A DNA stretch of 64,000 bases from Heterodontus francisci (Eukaryota), in NCBI RefSeq assembly GCF_036365525.1, contig NC_090378.1, positions 123,179,593 to 123,243,592 of the forward strand, in the 5' to 3' direction. The notes beneath the pieces are model-generated. The model was not told the DNA's origin. It was given only the letters and a program-made list of their open reading frames with translations, and did no database searches. The first letter of the stretch is position 1. The number at the start of each line of letters is the position of its first letter. The translations under genes were made by a program, and so were the position numbers. Below are positions 1-14,700 of the stretch, in pieces.

Positions 1-906
1 TATATATAATATATAATAATGAACACACAGTCCCACCTCCTGTACTGACACATCCCACAGTTATATATAATATATAATAATGAACACACAGTCCCACCTC
101 CTGTACTGACACATCCCACAGTTATATATAATATATAATAATGGACACACAGTCCCACCTCCTGCACTGACACATCCCACAGTTATATATAATATATAAT
201 AATGAACACACAGTCCCACCTCCTGCACTGACACATCCCACAGTTATATATAATATATAATAATGAACACACAGTCCCACCTCCTGTACTGACACGTCCC
301 ACAGTTATATATAATATATAATAATGGACACACAGTCCCACCTCCTGCACAGACACATCCCACAGTTATATATAATATATAATAATGGACACACAGTCCC
401 ACCTCCTGCACTGACACATCCCACAGTTATATATAATATATAATAATGGACACACAGTCCCACCTCCTGTACTGACACGTCCCACAGTTATATATAATAT
501 ATAATAATGGACACACAGTCCCACCTCCTGTACTGACACATCCCACAGTTATATATAATATATAATAATGAACACACAGTCCCACCTCCTGTACTGACAC
601 GTCCCACAGTTATATATAATATATAATAATGAACACACAGTCCCACCTCCTGCACTGACACATCCCACAGTTATATATAATATATAATAATGGACACACA
701 GTCCCACCTCCTGCACTGACACATCCCACAGTTATATATAATATATAATAATGAACACACAGTCCCACCTCCTGCACTGACACATCCCACAATTATATAT
801 AATATATAATAATGAACACACAGTCCCACCTCCTGTACTGACACGTCCCACAGTTATATATAATATATAATAATGGACACACAGTCCCACCTCCTGTACT
901 GACACA

Positions 907-3900
907 TCCCACAGTTATATATAATCTATAATAATGGACACACAGTCCCACCTCCTGTACTGACACGTCCCACAGTTATATATAATATATAATAATGGAC
1001 ACACAGTCCCACCTCCTGTACTGAAACGTTCCACAGTTATATATAATATATAATAATGGACACACAGTCCCACCTCCTGTACTGAAATGTCCCACAGTTA
1101 TATATAATATATAATAATGGACACACAGTCCCACCTCCTGTACTGACACGTCCCAAAGTTATATATAATATATAATAATGGACACACAGTCCCACCTCCT
1201 GTACTGACATGTCCCACAGTTATATATAATATATAATAATGGACACACAGTCCCACCTCCTGTACTGACACGTCCCACAGTTATATAATATAATAATGGA
1301 CACACAGTCCCACCTCCTGGACTGACACGTCCCACAGTTATATATAATATATAATAATGGACACACAGTCCCACCTCCTGTACTGACACGTCCCACAGTT
1401 ATATATAATATATAATAATGGACACACAGTCCCACCTCCTGTACTGACACATCCCACAGTTATATATAATATATAATAATGGACACACAGTCCCACCTCC
1501 TGTACTGAGACGTCCCACAGTTATATAATATAATAATGGACACACAGTCCCACCTCCTGCACTGACACGTCCCACAGTTCTATATAAGATATAATAATGA
1601 ACACACAGTCCCACCTCCGGTACTGACACATCCCACAGTTATATATAATATATAATAATGGACACACAGTCCCACCTCCTGTACTGACACGTCCACAGTT
1701 ATATATAATATATAATAATGGACACACAGTCCCACCTCCTGTACTGACACGTCCCACAGTTATATATAATATATAATAATGGACACACAGTCCCACCTCC
1801 TGTACTGACACGTCCACAGTTATATATAATATATAATAATGGACACACAGTCCCACCTCCTGTACTGACACATCCCACAGTTATATATAATATATAATAA
1901 TGGACACACAGTCCCACCTCCTGTACTGACACGTCCACAGTTATATATAATATATAATAATGGACACACAGTCCCACCTCCTGTACTGACACATCCCACA
2001 GTTATATAAAATATATAATAATGGATACACAGTCCCACCTCCTGTACTGACATGTCCCACAGTTATATAATATAATAATGGACACACAGTCCCACCTCCT
2101 GTACTGACATGTCCCACAGTTATATAATATAATAATGGACACACAGTCCCACCTCCTGTACTGACACATCCCACAGTTATATATAATATATAATAATGGA
2201 CACACAGTCCCACCTCCTGTACTGACATGTCCCACAGTTATATAATATAATAATGGACACACAGTCCCACCTCCTGTACTGACATGTCCCACAGTTATAT
2301 AATATAATAATGGACACACAGTCCCACCTCCTGTACTGACACATCCCACTGTTATATATAATATATAATAATGGACACACAGTCCCACCTCCTGTACTGA
2401 CATGTCCCACAGTTATATAATATAATAATGGACACACAGTCCCACCTCCTGTACTGACACATCCCACTGTTATATATAATATATAATAATGGACACACAG
2501 TCCCAGCTCCTGTACTGACACGTCCCACAGTTATATATAATGTATAATAATGGACACACAGTCCCACCTCCTGTACTGACACATCCCACAGATATATAAT
2601 ATAATAATGGACACACAGTACCACCTCCTGTACTGACACGTCCCACAATTACATATAATATATAATAATGGACACACAGTCCCACCTCCTGTACTGACAC
2701 GTCCCACAGTTATATATAATATATAATAATGGACACACAGTCCCACCTCCTGTACTGACATGTCCCACAGTTATATATAATCTATAATAATGGACACACA
2801 GTCCCACCTCCTGTACTGACACGTCCCACAGTTATATATAATATATAATAATGGACACACAGTCCCACCTCCTGTACTGAAACGTTCCACAGTTATATAT
2901 AATATATAATAATGGACACACAGTCCCACCTCCTGTACTGAAATGTCCCACAGTTATATATAATATATAATAATGGACACACAGTCCCACCTCCTGTACT
3001 GACACGTCCCAAAGTTATATATAATATATAATAATGGACACACAGTCCCACCTCCTGTACTGACATGTCCCACAGTTATATATAATATATAATAATGGAC
3101 ACACAGTCCCACCTCCTGTACTGACACGTCCCACAGTTATATAATATAATAATGGACACACAGTCCCACCTCCTGGACTGACACGTCCCACAGTTATATA
3201 TAATATATAATAATGGACACACAGTCCCACCTCCTGTACTGACACGTCCCACAGTTATATATAATATATAATAATGGACACACAGTCCCACCTCCTGTAC
3301 TGACACATCCCACAGTTATATATAATATATAATAATGGACACACAGTCCCACCTCCTGTACTGAGACGTCCCACAGTTATATAATATAATAATGGACACA
3401 CAGTCCCACCTCCTGCACTGACACGTCCCACAGTTCTATATAAGATATAATAATGAACACACAGTCCCACCTCCGGTACTGACACATCCCACAGTTATAT
3501 ATAATATATAATAATGGACACACAGTCCCACCTCCTGTACTGACACGTCCACAGTTATATATAATATATAATAATGGACACACAGTCCCACCTCCTGTAC
3601 TGACACGTCCCACAGTTATATATAATATATAATAATGGACACACAGTCCCACCTCCTGTACTGACACGTCCACAGTTATATATAATATATAATAATGGAC
3701 ACACAGTCCCACCTCCTGTACTGACACATCCCACAGTTATATATAATATATAATAATGGACACACAGTCCCACCTCCTGTACTGACACGTCCACAGTTAT
3801 ATATAATATATAATAATGGACACACAGTCCCACCTCCTGTACTGACACATCCCACAGTTATATAAAATATATAATAATGGATACACAGTCCCACCTCCTG

Positions 3901-4636
3901 TACTGACATGTCCCACAGTTATATAATATAATAATGGACACACAGTCCCACCTCCTGTACTGACATGTCCCACAGTTATATAATATAATAATGGACACAC
4001 AGTCCCACCTCCTGTACTGACACATCCCACAGTTATATATAATATATAATAATGGACACACAGTCCCACCTCCTGTACTGACATGTCCCACAGTTATATA
4101 ATATAATAATGGACACACAGTCCCACCTCCTGTACTGACATGTCCCACAGTTATATAATATAATAATGGACACACAGTCCCACCTCCTGTACTGACACAT
4201 CCCACTGTTATATATAATATATAATAATGGACACACAGTCCCACCTCCTGTACTGACATGTCCCACAGTTATATAATATAATAATGGACACACAGTCCCA
4301 CCTCCTGTACTGACACATCCCACTGTTATATATAATATATAATAATGGACACACAGTCCCAGCTCCTGTACTGACACGTCCCACAGTTATATATAATGTA
4401 TAATAATGGACACACAGTCCCACCTCCTGTACTGACACATCCCACAGATATATAATATAATAATGGACACACAGTACCACCTCCTGTACTGACACGTCCC
4501 ACAATTACATATAATATATAATAATGGACACACAGTCCCACCTCCTGTACTGACACGTCCCACAGTTATATATAATATATAATAATGGACACACAGTCCC
4601 ACCTCCTGTACTGACATGTCCCACAGTTATATATAA
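907..4636. repeat. Tandem higher-order duplication, 2 x 1856 bp (31 monomers per unit)
   Basis: The rare marker ATAATCTATA recurs at an offset of 1856 (C at 926 and 2782), and ORF-track entries 1159-2761 recur identically at +1856. The length fits 31x61 minus eight 57-bp and three 60-bp monomers. Confidence 0.9.
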
Positions 4637-7221
4637 GATATAATAATGGACACACAGTCCCACCTCCTGTACTGACACGTCCCACAGTTATATATAATAT
4701 ATAATAATGGACACACAGTCCCACCTCCTGTCCTGACACGTCCCACAGTTATATAATATAATAATGGACACACAGTCCCACCTCCTGTACTGACACCTCC
4801 CACAGTTATATATAATATATAATAATGGACACACAGTCCCATCTCCTGTACTGACACGTCCCACAGTTATATATAATATATAATAATGGACACACAGTCC
4901 CATCTCCTGTACTGACACGTCCCACAGTTATATATAATATATAATAATGGACACATAGTCCCACCTCCTGTACTGACACATCCCACACTTATATATAATA
5001 TATAATAATGGACACACAGTCCCACCTCCTGTACTGACACATCCCACACTTATATATAATATATAATAATGGACACACAGTCCCACCGCCTGTACTGACA
5101 CATCCCACAGATATATATAATAAAAAATAATGGACTCACAGTCCCACCTCCTGTACTGACACATCCCACAGTTATATATAATATATAATAATGGACACAC
5201 AGTCCCACCGCCTGTACTGACACATCCCACAGATATATATAATAAAAAATAATGGACTCACAGTCCCACCTCCTGTACTGACACATCCCACAGTTATATA
5301 TAATATATGATAATGGACACGCAGTCCCACCTCCTGTACTGACTCATCCCACAGTTACATATAATTTATGATAATGGACACACAGTCCCACCTCCTGTAC
5401 TGACACTTCCCACAGTTACATACAATATATAATAATGGACACACAGTCCCACCTCCTGCACTGACACGTCCCACAGTTATATACAATATATAATAATGGA
5501 CACACAGTCCCACCTCCTGTATACTGACACATCCCACAGTTATATATAATATATAATAATGGACACACAGTCCCACCTCATGTACTGACATATCCCACAG
5601 TTATATACAATATATAATAATGGACACACAGTCCCACCTCCTGGACTGACACATCCCACAGTTATATGTAATATATAATAATGGACACACGGTCCCACCT
5701 CCTGTACTGACACATCCCACAGTTATATATAATATATAATAATGGACACACAGTCCCACCTCCTGGACTGACACATCCCACAGTTATATATAATATATAA
5801 TAATGGACACACCGTCTCACCTCCTGGACTGACACATCCCACAGTTATATATAATATATAATAATGGACACTCAGTCCCACCTCCTGTACTGACACATCC
5901 CACAGTTATATATAATATATAATAATGGACACACAGTCCCACCTCCTGTACTGACACGTCCCAAAGTTATATATAATATATAATAATGGACACACAGTCC
6001 CACCTCCTGTACTGACATGTCCCACAGTTATATATAATATATAATAATGGACACACAGTCCCACCTCCTGTACTGACACGTCCCACAGTTATATAATATA
6101 ATAATGGACACACAGTCCCACCTCCAGTACTGACACGTCCCACAGTTATATATAATATATAATAATGGACACACAGTCCCACCTCCTGTACTGACACGTC
6201 CCACAGTTATATATAATATATAATAATGGACACACAGTCCCACCTCCTGTACTGACACATCCCACAGTTATATATAATATATAATAATGGACACACAGTC
6301 CCACCTCCTGTACTGAGACGTCCCACAGTTATATAATATAATAATGGACACACAGTCCCACCTCCTGCACTGACACGTCCCACAGTTCTATATAAGATAT
6401 AATAATGAACACACAGTCCCACCTCCGGTACTGACACATCCCACAGTTATATATAATATATAATAATGGACACACAGTCCCACCTCCTGTACTGACACGT
6501 CCACAGTTATATATAATATATAATAATGGACACACAGTCCCACCTCCTGTACTGACACGTCCCACAGTTATATATAATATATAATAATGGACACACAGTC
6601 CCACCTCCTGTACTGACACGTCCACAGTTATATATAATATATAATAATGGACACACAGTCCCACCTCCTGTACTGACACATCCCACAGTTATATATAATA
6701 TATAATAATGGACACACAGTCCCACCTCCTGTACTGACATGTCCCACAGTTATATAAAATATATAATAATGGATACACAGTCCCACCTCCTGTACTGACA
6801 TGTCCCACAGTTATATAAAATATATAATAATGGACACACAGTCCCACCTCCTGTACTGACACATCCCACAGTTATATATAATATATAATAATGGACACAC
6901 AGTCCCACCTCCTGTACTGACATGTCCCACAGTTATATAAAATATATAATAATGGATACACAGTCCCACCTCCTGTACTGACATGTCCCACAGTTATATA
7001 ATATAATAATGGACACACAGTCCCACCTCCTGTACTGACACATCCCACAGTTATATATAATATATAATAATGGACACACAGTCCCACCTCCTGTACTGAC
7101 ATGTCCCACAGTTATATAATATAATAATGGACACACAGTCCCACCTCCTGTACTGACATGTCCCACAGTTATATAATATAATAATGGACACACAGTCCCA
7201 CCTCCTGTACTGACACATCCC

Positions 7222-7229
7222 ACAGTTAT
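7222..7229 (+). other. Left target-site duplication ACAGTTAT of the RTE insertion
   Basis: CC C-ACAGTTAT|TCTTTTGGGCC; the same 8-mer recurs at 8701-8708. Confidence 0.85.
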
Positions 7230-8700
7230 TCTTTTGGGCCTCCTTATCTCGAGAGACAATGGATACGCGCCTGGAGGTGGTCAGTGGTTTGTGAAGCAGC
7301 GCCTGGAGTGGCTATAAAGGCCAATTCTGGAGTGACAGGCTCTTCCACAGGTGCTGCAGAGAAATTTGTTTGTTGGGGCTGTTGCACAGTTGGCTCTCCC
7401 CTTGCGCCTCTGTCTTTTTTCCTGCCAACTACTAAGTCTCTTCGACTCGCCACAATTTAGCCCTGTCTTTATGGCTGCCCGCCAGCTCTGGCGAATGCTG
7501 GCAACTGACTCCCACGACTTGTGATCAATGTCACACGATTTCATGTCGCGTTTGCAGACGTCTTTATAACGGAGACATGGACGGCCGGTGGGTCTGATAC
7601 CAGTGGCGAGCTCGCTGTACAATGTGTCTTTGGGGATCCTGCCATCTTCCATGCGGCTCACATGGCCAAGCCATCTCAAGCGCCGCTGACTCAGTAGTGT
7701 GTATAAGCTGGGGGTGTTGGCCGCTTCAAGGACTTCTGTGTTGGAGATATAGTCCTGCCACCTGATGCCAAGTATTCTCCGAAGGCAGCGAAGATGGAAT
7801 GAATTGAGACGTCGCTCTTGGCTGGCATACGTTGTCCAGGCCTCGCTGCCGTAGAGCAAGGTACTGAGGACACAGGCCTGATACACTCGGACTTTTGTGT
7901 TCCGTGTCAGTGCGCCATTTTCCCACACTCTCTTGGCCAGTCTGAACATAGCAGTGGAAGCCTTACCCATGCGCTTGTTGATTTCTGCATCTAGAGACAG
8001 GTTACTGGTGATAGTTGAGCCTAGGTAGGTGAACTCTTGAACCACTTCCAGAGCGTGGTCGCCAATATTGATGGATGGAGCATTTCTGACATCCTGCCCC
8101 ATGATGTTCGTTTTCTTGAGGCTGATGGTTAGGCCAAATTCATTGCAGGCAGACGCAAACCTGTCGATGAGACTCTGCAGGCATTCTTCAGTGTGAGATG
8201 TTAAAGCAGCATCGTCAGCAAAGAGGAGTTCTCTGATGAGGACTTTCCGTACTTTGGACTTCGCTCTTAGACGGGCAAGGTTGAACAACCTGCCCCCTGA
8301 TCTTGTGTGGAGGAAAATTCCTTCTTCAGAGGATTTGAACGCATGTGAAAGCAGCAGGGAGAAGAAAATCCCAAAAAGTGTGGGTGCGAGAACACAGCCC
8401 TGTTTCACACCACTCAGGATAGGAAAGGGCTCTGATGAGGAGCCACCATGTTGAATTGTGCCTTTCATATTGTCATGGAATGAGGTGATGATACTTAGTA
8501 GCTTTGGTGGACATCCGATCTTTTCTAGTAGTCTGAAGAGACCACGTCTGCTGACGAGGTCAAAGGCTTTGGTGAGATCAATGAAAGCAATGTAGAGGGG
8601 CATCTGTTGTTCACGGCATTTCTCCTGTATCTGACGAAGGGAGAACAGCATGTCAATAGTCGATCTCTCTGCACGAAAGCCACACTGTGCCTCAGGGTAG
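7230..8700 (-). mobile_element. 5'-truncated RTE-clade non-LTR retrotransposon (LINE), 1471 bp, inserted in the satellite
   Basis: RT motifs QCGFR, YIAFIDLTKAFD, GVKQGCVLAPTLF, LLFADD, GLTISLKKT, FTYLG; RTE-type LFNLARLRAK insert and RWLGHVSRM; C-terminal CxxC..H..C finger; ~50-bp 3' UTR ending GGCCCAAAAGAA; flanked by ACAGTTAT direct repeats. Confidence 0.95.
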
Positions 8701-8756
8701 ACAGTTATATATAATATATAATAATGGACACACAGTCCCACCTCCTGTACTGACAT
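7281..8756 (-). CDS. Uninterrupted 491-aa ORF: about 19 satellite-derived residues (MSVQEVGLCVHYYILYITV) fused to the RTE reverse transcriptase and C-terminal zinc finger; no endonuclease; expression unknown
   Basis: The ATG is the reverse complement of CAT at 8754-8756 in a GACATGTCCC monomer; the stop TGA is at 7281-7283; no stops or frameshifts over ~472 LINE codons. Confidence 0.55.
   Translation of the reverse strand: MSVQEVGLCVHYYILYITVYPEAQCGFRAERSTIDMLFSLRQIQEKCREQQMPLYIAFIDLTKAFDLVSRRGLFRLLEKIGCPPKLLSIITSFHDNMKGTIQHGGSSSEPFPILSGVKQGCVLAPTLFGIFFSLLLSHAFKSSEEGIFLHTRSGGRLFNLARLRAKSKVRKVLIRELLFADDAALTSHTEECLQSLIDRFASACNEFGLTISLKKTNIMGQDVRNAPSINIGDHALEVVQEFTYLGSTITSNLSLDAEINKRMGKASTAMFRLAKRVWENGALTRNTKVRVYQACVLSTLLYGSEAWTTYASQERRLNSFHLRCLRRILGIRWQDYISNTEVLEAANTPSLYTLLSQRRLRWLGHVSRMEDGRIPKDTLYSELATGIRPTGRPCLRYKDVCKRDMKSCDIDHKSWESVASIRQSWRAAIKTGLNCGESKRLSSWQEKRQRRKGRANCATAPTNKFLCSTCGRACHSRIGLYSHSRRCFTNH
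8701..8708 (+). other. Right target-site duplication ACAGTTAT of the RTE insertion
   Basis: GGGTAG|ACAGTTAT-ATAATATAT; the satellite phase resumes 8 bp behind where it stopped at 7229. Confidence 0.85.
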
Positions 8757-11700
8757 GTCCCACAGTTATATAATATAATAATGGACACACAGTCCCACCT
8801 CCTGTACTGACACATCCCACAGTTATATATAATATATAATAATGGACACACAGTCCCACCTCCTGTACTGACATGTCCCACAGTTATATAATATAATAAT
8901 GGACACACAGTCCCACCTCCTGTACTGACATGTCCCACAGTTATATAATATAATAATGGACACACAGTCCCACCTCCTGTACTGACACATCCCACTGTTA
9001 TATATAATATATAATAATGGACACACAGTCCCACCTCCTGTACTGACATGTCCCACAGTTATATAATATAATAATGGACACACAGTCCCACCTCCTGTAC
9101 TGACACATCCCACTGTTATATATAATATATAATAATGGACACACAGTCCCAGCTCCTGTACTGACACGTCCCACAGTTATATATAATGTATAATAATGGA
9201 CACACAGTCCCACCTCCTGTACTGACACATCCCACAGTTATATAATATAATAATGGACACACAGTACCACCTCCTGTACTGACACGTCCCACAATTACAT
9301 ATAATATATAATAATGGACACACAGTCCCACCTCCTGTACTGACACGTCCCACAGTTATATATAATATATAATAATGGACACACAGTCCCACCTCCTGTA
9401 CTGACATGTCCCACAGTTATATATAAGTTATAATAATGGACACACAGTCCCACCTCCTGTACTGACACATCCCACAGTTATATATAATATATAATAATGG
9501 ACACACAGTCCCACCTCCTGTCCTGACACGTCCCACAGTTATATAATATAATAATGGACACACAGTCCCACCTCCTGTACTGACACCTCCCACAGTTATA
9601 TATAATATATAATAATGGACACACAGTCCCATCTCCTGTACTGACACGTCCCACAGTTATATATAATATATAATAATGGACACACAGTCCCATCTCCTGT
9701 ACTGACACGTCCCACAGTTATATATAATATATAATAATGGACACATAGTCCCACCTCCTGTACTGACACATCCCACACTTATATATAATATATAATAATG
9801 GACACACAGTCCCACCTCCTGTACTGACACATCCCACACTTATATATAATATATAATAATGGACACACAGTCCCACCGCCTGTACTGACACATCCCACAG
9901 ATATATATAATAAAAAATAATGGACTTACAGTCCCACCTCCTGTACTGACACATCCCACAGTTATATATAATATATAATAATGGACACACAGTCCCACCG
10001 CCTGTACTGACACATCCCACAGATATATATAATAAAAAATAATGGACTCACAGTCCCACCTCCTGTACTGACACATCCCACAGTTATATATAATATATGA
10101 TAATGGACACGCAGTCCCACCTCCTGTACTGACTCATCCCACAGTTATATATAATTTATGATAATGGACACACAGTCCCACCTCCTGTACTGACACTTCC
10201 CACAGTTACATACAATATATAATAATGGACACACAGTCCCACCTCCTGCACTGACACGTCCCACAGTTATATACAATATATAATAATGGACACACAGTCC
10301 CACCTCCTGTACTGACACGTCCCACAGTTATATATAATATATAATAATGGACACACAGTCCCACCTCCTGTACTGACACGTCCCACAGTTATATACAATA
10401 TATAATAATGGACACACAGTCCCACCTCCTGGACTGACACATCCCACAGTTATATGTAATATATAATAATGGACACACGGTCCCACCTCCTGTACTGACA
10501 CATCCCACAGTTATATATAATATATAATAATGGACACACAGTCCCACCTCCTGGACTGACACATCCCACAGTTATATATAATATATAATAATGGACACAC
10601 CGTCTCACCTCCTGGACTGACACATCCCACAGTTATATATAATATATAATAATGGACACTCAGTCCCACCTCCTGTACTGACACATCCCACAGTTATATA
10701 TAATATATAATAATGGACACTCAGTCCCACCTCCTGTACTGACACGTCCCACAGTTATATATAATATATAATAATGGACACACAGTCCCATCTTCTGTAC
10801 TGACACGTCCCACAGTTATATATAATATATAATAATGGACACATAGTCCCACCTCCTGTACTGACACATCCCACACTTATATATAATATATAATAATGGA
10901 CACACAGTCCCACCTCCTGTACTGACACATCCCACACTTATATATAATATATAATAATGGACACACAGTCCCACCGCCTGTACTGACACATCCCACAGAT
11001 ATATATAATAAAAAATAATGGACTCACAGTCCCACCTCCTGTACTGACACATCCCACAGTTATATATAATATATAATAATGGACACACAGTCCCACCGCC
11101 TGTACTGACACATCCCACAGATATATATAATAAAAAATAATGGACTCACAGTCCCACCTCCTGTACTGACACATCCCACAGTTATATATAATATATGATA
11201 ATGGACACGCAGTCCCACCTCCTGTACTGACTCATCCCACAGTTATATATAATTTATGATAATGGACACACAGTCCCACCTCCTGTACTGACACTTCCCA
11301 CAGTTACATACAATATATAATAATGGACACACAGTCCCACCTCCTGCACTGACACGTCCCACAGTTATATACAATATATAATAATGGACACACAGTCCCA
11401 CCTCCTGTACTGACACGTCCCACAGTTATATATAATATATAATAATGGACACACAGTCCCACCTCCTGTACTGACACGTCCCACAGTTATATACAATATA
11501 TAATAATGGACACACAGTCCCACCTCCTGGACTGACACATCCCACAGTTATATGTAATATATAATAATGGACACACAGTCCCACCTCCTGGACTGACACA
11601 TCCCACAGTTATATATAATATATAATAATGGACACACCGTCTCACCTCCTGGACTGACACATCCCACAGTTATATATAATATATAATAATGGACACACAG

Positions 11701-14700
11701 TCCCACCTCCTGGACTGACACATCCCACAGTTATATACAATATATAATAATGGACACACAGTCCCACCTCCTGGACTGACACATCCCACAGTTATATGTA
11801 ATATATAATAATGGACACACAGTCCCACCTCCTGGACTGACACATCCCACAGTTATATATAATATATAATAATGGACACACGGTCCCACCTCCTGTACTG
11901 ACACATCCCACAGTTATATATAATATATAATAATGGACACACAGTCCCACCTCCTGGACTGACACATCCCACAGTTATATATAATATATAATAATGGACA
12001 CACCGTCTCACCTCCTGGACTGACACATCCCACAGTTATATATAATATATAATAATGGACACTCAGTCCCACCTCCTGTACTGACACATCCCACAGTTAT
12101 ATATAATAAATAATAATGGACACACAGTCCCACCTCCTGCACTGCCACATCCCACAGTTATATATAATATAGAATAATGGACACACAGTCCCACCGCCTG
12201 TACTGACACATCCCACAGATATATATAATAAAAAATAATGGACTCACAGTCCCACCTCCTGTACTGACACATCCCACAGTTATATATAATATATAATAAT
12301 GGACACACTGACCCACCTCCTGTACTGACACATCCCACAGTTATATATAATATATAATAATGGACACACAGTCCCACCTCCTGTACTGACACATCCCACA
12401 GATATATATAATAAAAAATAATGGACTCACAGTCCCACCTCCTGTACTGACACATCCCACAGTTATATACAATATATAATAATGGACACACAGTCCCACC
12501 TCCTGGACTGACACATCCCACAGTTATATGTAATATATAATAATGGACACACGGTCCCACCTCCTGTACTGACACATCCCACAGCTATATATAATATATA
12601 ATAATGGACACACAGTCCCACCTCCTGGACTGACACATCCCACAGTTATATATAATATATAATAATGGACACACAGTCCCACCTCCTGGACTGACACATC
12701 CCACAGTTATATAAAATATATAATAATGGACACGCAGTCTCACCTCCTGCACTGACACATCCCACAGTTATATGTAATATATAATAATGGACACACGGTC
12801 CCACCTCCTGCACTGACACATCCCACAGGTATATATAATATATAATAATGGACACGCAGTCTCACCTCCTGTACTGACACATCCCACAGTTATATGTAAT
12901 ATATAATAATGGAAACACGGTCCCACCTCCTGCACTGACACATCCCACAGTTATATATAATATATAATAATGGACACACAGTCCCACCTCCTGTACTGAC
13001 ACATCCCACAGTTATATATAATATATAATAATGGACACACGGTCCCACCTCCTGTACTGACACATCCCACAGTTATATATAATATATAATAATGGACACA
13101 CGGTCCCACCTCCTGTACTGAAATGTCCCACAGTTATATATAATATATAATAATGGACACACAGTCCCACCTCCTGTACTGACATGTCCCACAGTTATAT
13201 ATAATATATAATAATGGACACACAGTCCCACCTCCTGTACTGACACGTCCCACAGTTATATAATATAATAATGGACACACAGTCCCACCTCCTGTACTGA
13301 CACGTCCCAAAGTTATATATAATATATAATAATGGACACACAGTCCCACCTCCTGTACTGACACGTCCCACAGTTATATAATATAATAATGGACACACAG
13401 TCCCACCTCCTGTACTGACATGTCCCACAGTTATATAATATAATAATGGACACACAGTCCCACCTCCTGTACTGACACATCCCACAGTTATATATAATAT
13501 ATAATAATGGACACACAGTCCCACCTCCTGTACTGACATGTCCCACAGTTATATAATATAATAATGGACACACAGTCCCACCTCCTGTACTGACACATCC
13601 CACAGTTATATATAATATATAATAATGGACACACAGTCCCACCTCCTGTACTGACATGTCCCACAGTTATATAATATAATAATGGACACACAGTCCCACC
13701 TCCTGTACTGACATGTCCCACAGTTATATAATATAATAATGGACACACAGTCCCACCTCCTGTACTGACACATCCCACTGTTATATATAATATATAATAA
13801 TGGACACACAGTCCCACCTCCTGTACTGACATGTCCCACAGTTATATAATATAATAATGGACACACAGTCCCACCTCCTGTACTGACACATCCCACTGTT
13901 ATATATAATATATAATAATGGACACACAGTCCCAGCTCCTGTACTGACACGTCCCACAGTTATATATAATGTATAATAATGGACACACAGTCCCACCTCC
14001 TGTACTGACACATCCCACAGTTATATAATATAATAATGGACACACAGTACCACCTCCTGTACTGACACGTCCCACAATTACATATAATATATAATAATGG
14101 ACACACAGTCCCACCTCCTGTACTGACACGTCCCACAGTTATATATAATATATAATAATGGACACACAGTCCCACCTCCTGTACTGACATGTCCCACAGT
14201 TATATATAAGTTATAATAATGGACACACAGTCCCACCTCCTGTACTGACACATCCCACAGTTATATATAATATATAATAATGGACACACAGTCCCACCTC
14301 CTGTCCTGACACGTCCCACAGTTATATAATATAATAATGGACACACAGTCCCACCTCCTGTACTGACACCTCCCACAGTTATATATAATATATAATAATG
14401 GACACACAGTCCCATCTCCTGTACTGACACGTCCCACAGTTATATATAATATATAATAATGGACACACAGTCCCATCTCCTGTACTGACACGTCCCACAG
14501 CTATATATAATATATAATAATGGACACATAGTCCCACCTCCTGTACTGACACATCCCACACTTATATATAATATATAATAATGGACACACAGTCCCACCT
14601 CCTGTACTGACACATCCCACACTTATATATAATATATAATAATGGACACACAGTCCCACCGCCTGTACTGACACATCCCACAGATATATATAATAAAAAA

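Noticed and set aside
7198-7280. 8-bp inverted match between satellite CCACCTCC and the LINE 3' UTR GGAGGTGG, suggesting RNA-guided targeting
   Set aside because: Too short to exceed chance for a 61-bp unit against a 50-bp UTR, and a single insertion cannot show target preference.
7244-8454. Small ORFs overlapping the RTE (7244-7453, 7691-7873, 7726-7926, 8236-8454)
   Set aside because: Alternative or antisense frames of the LINE ORF with no recognisable motifs.
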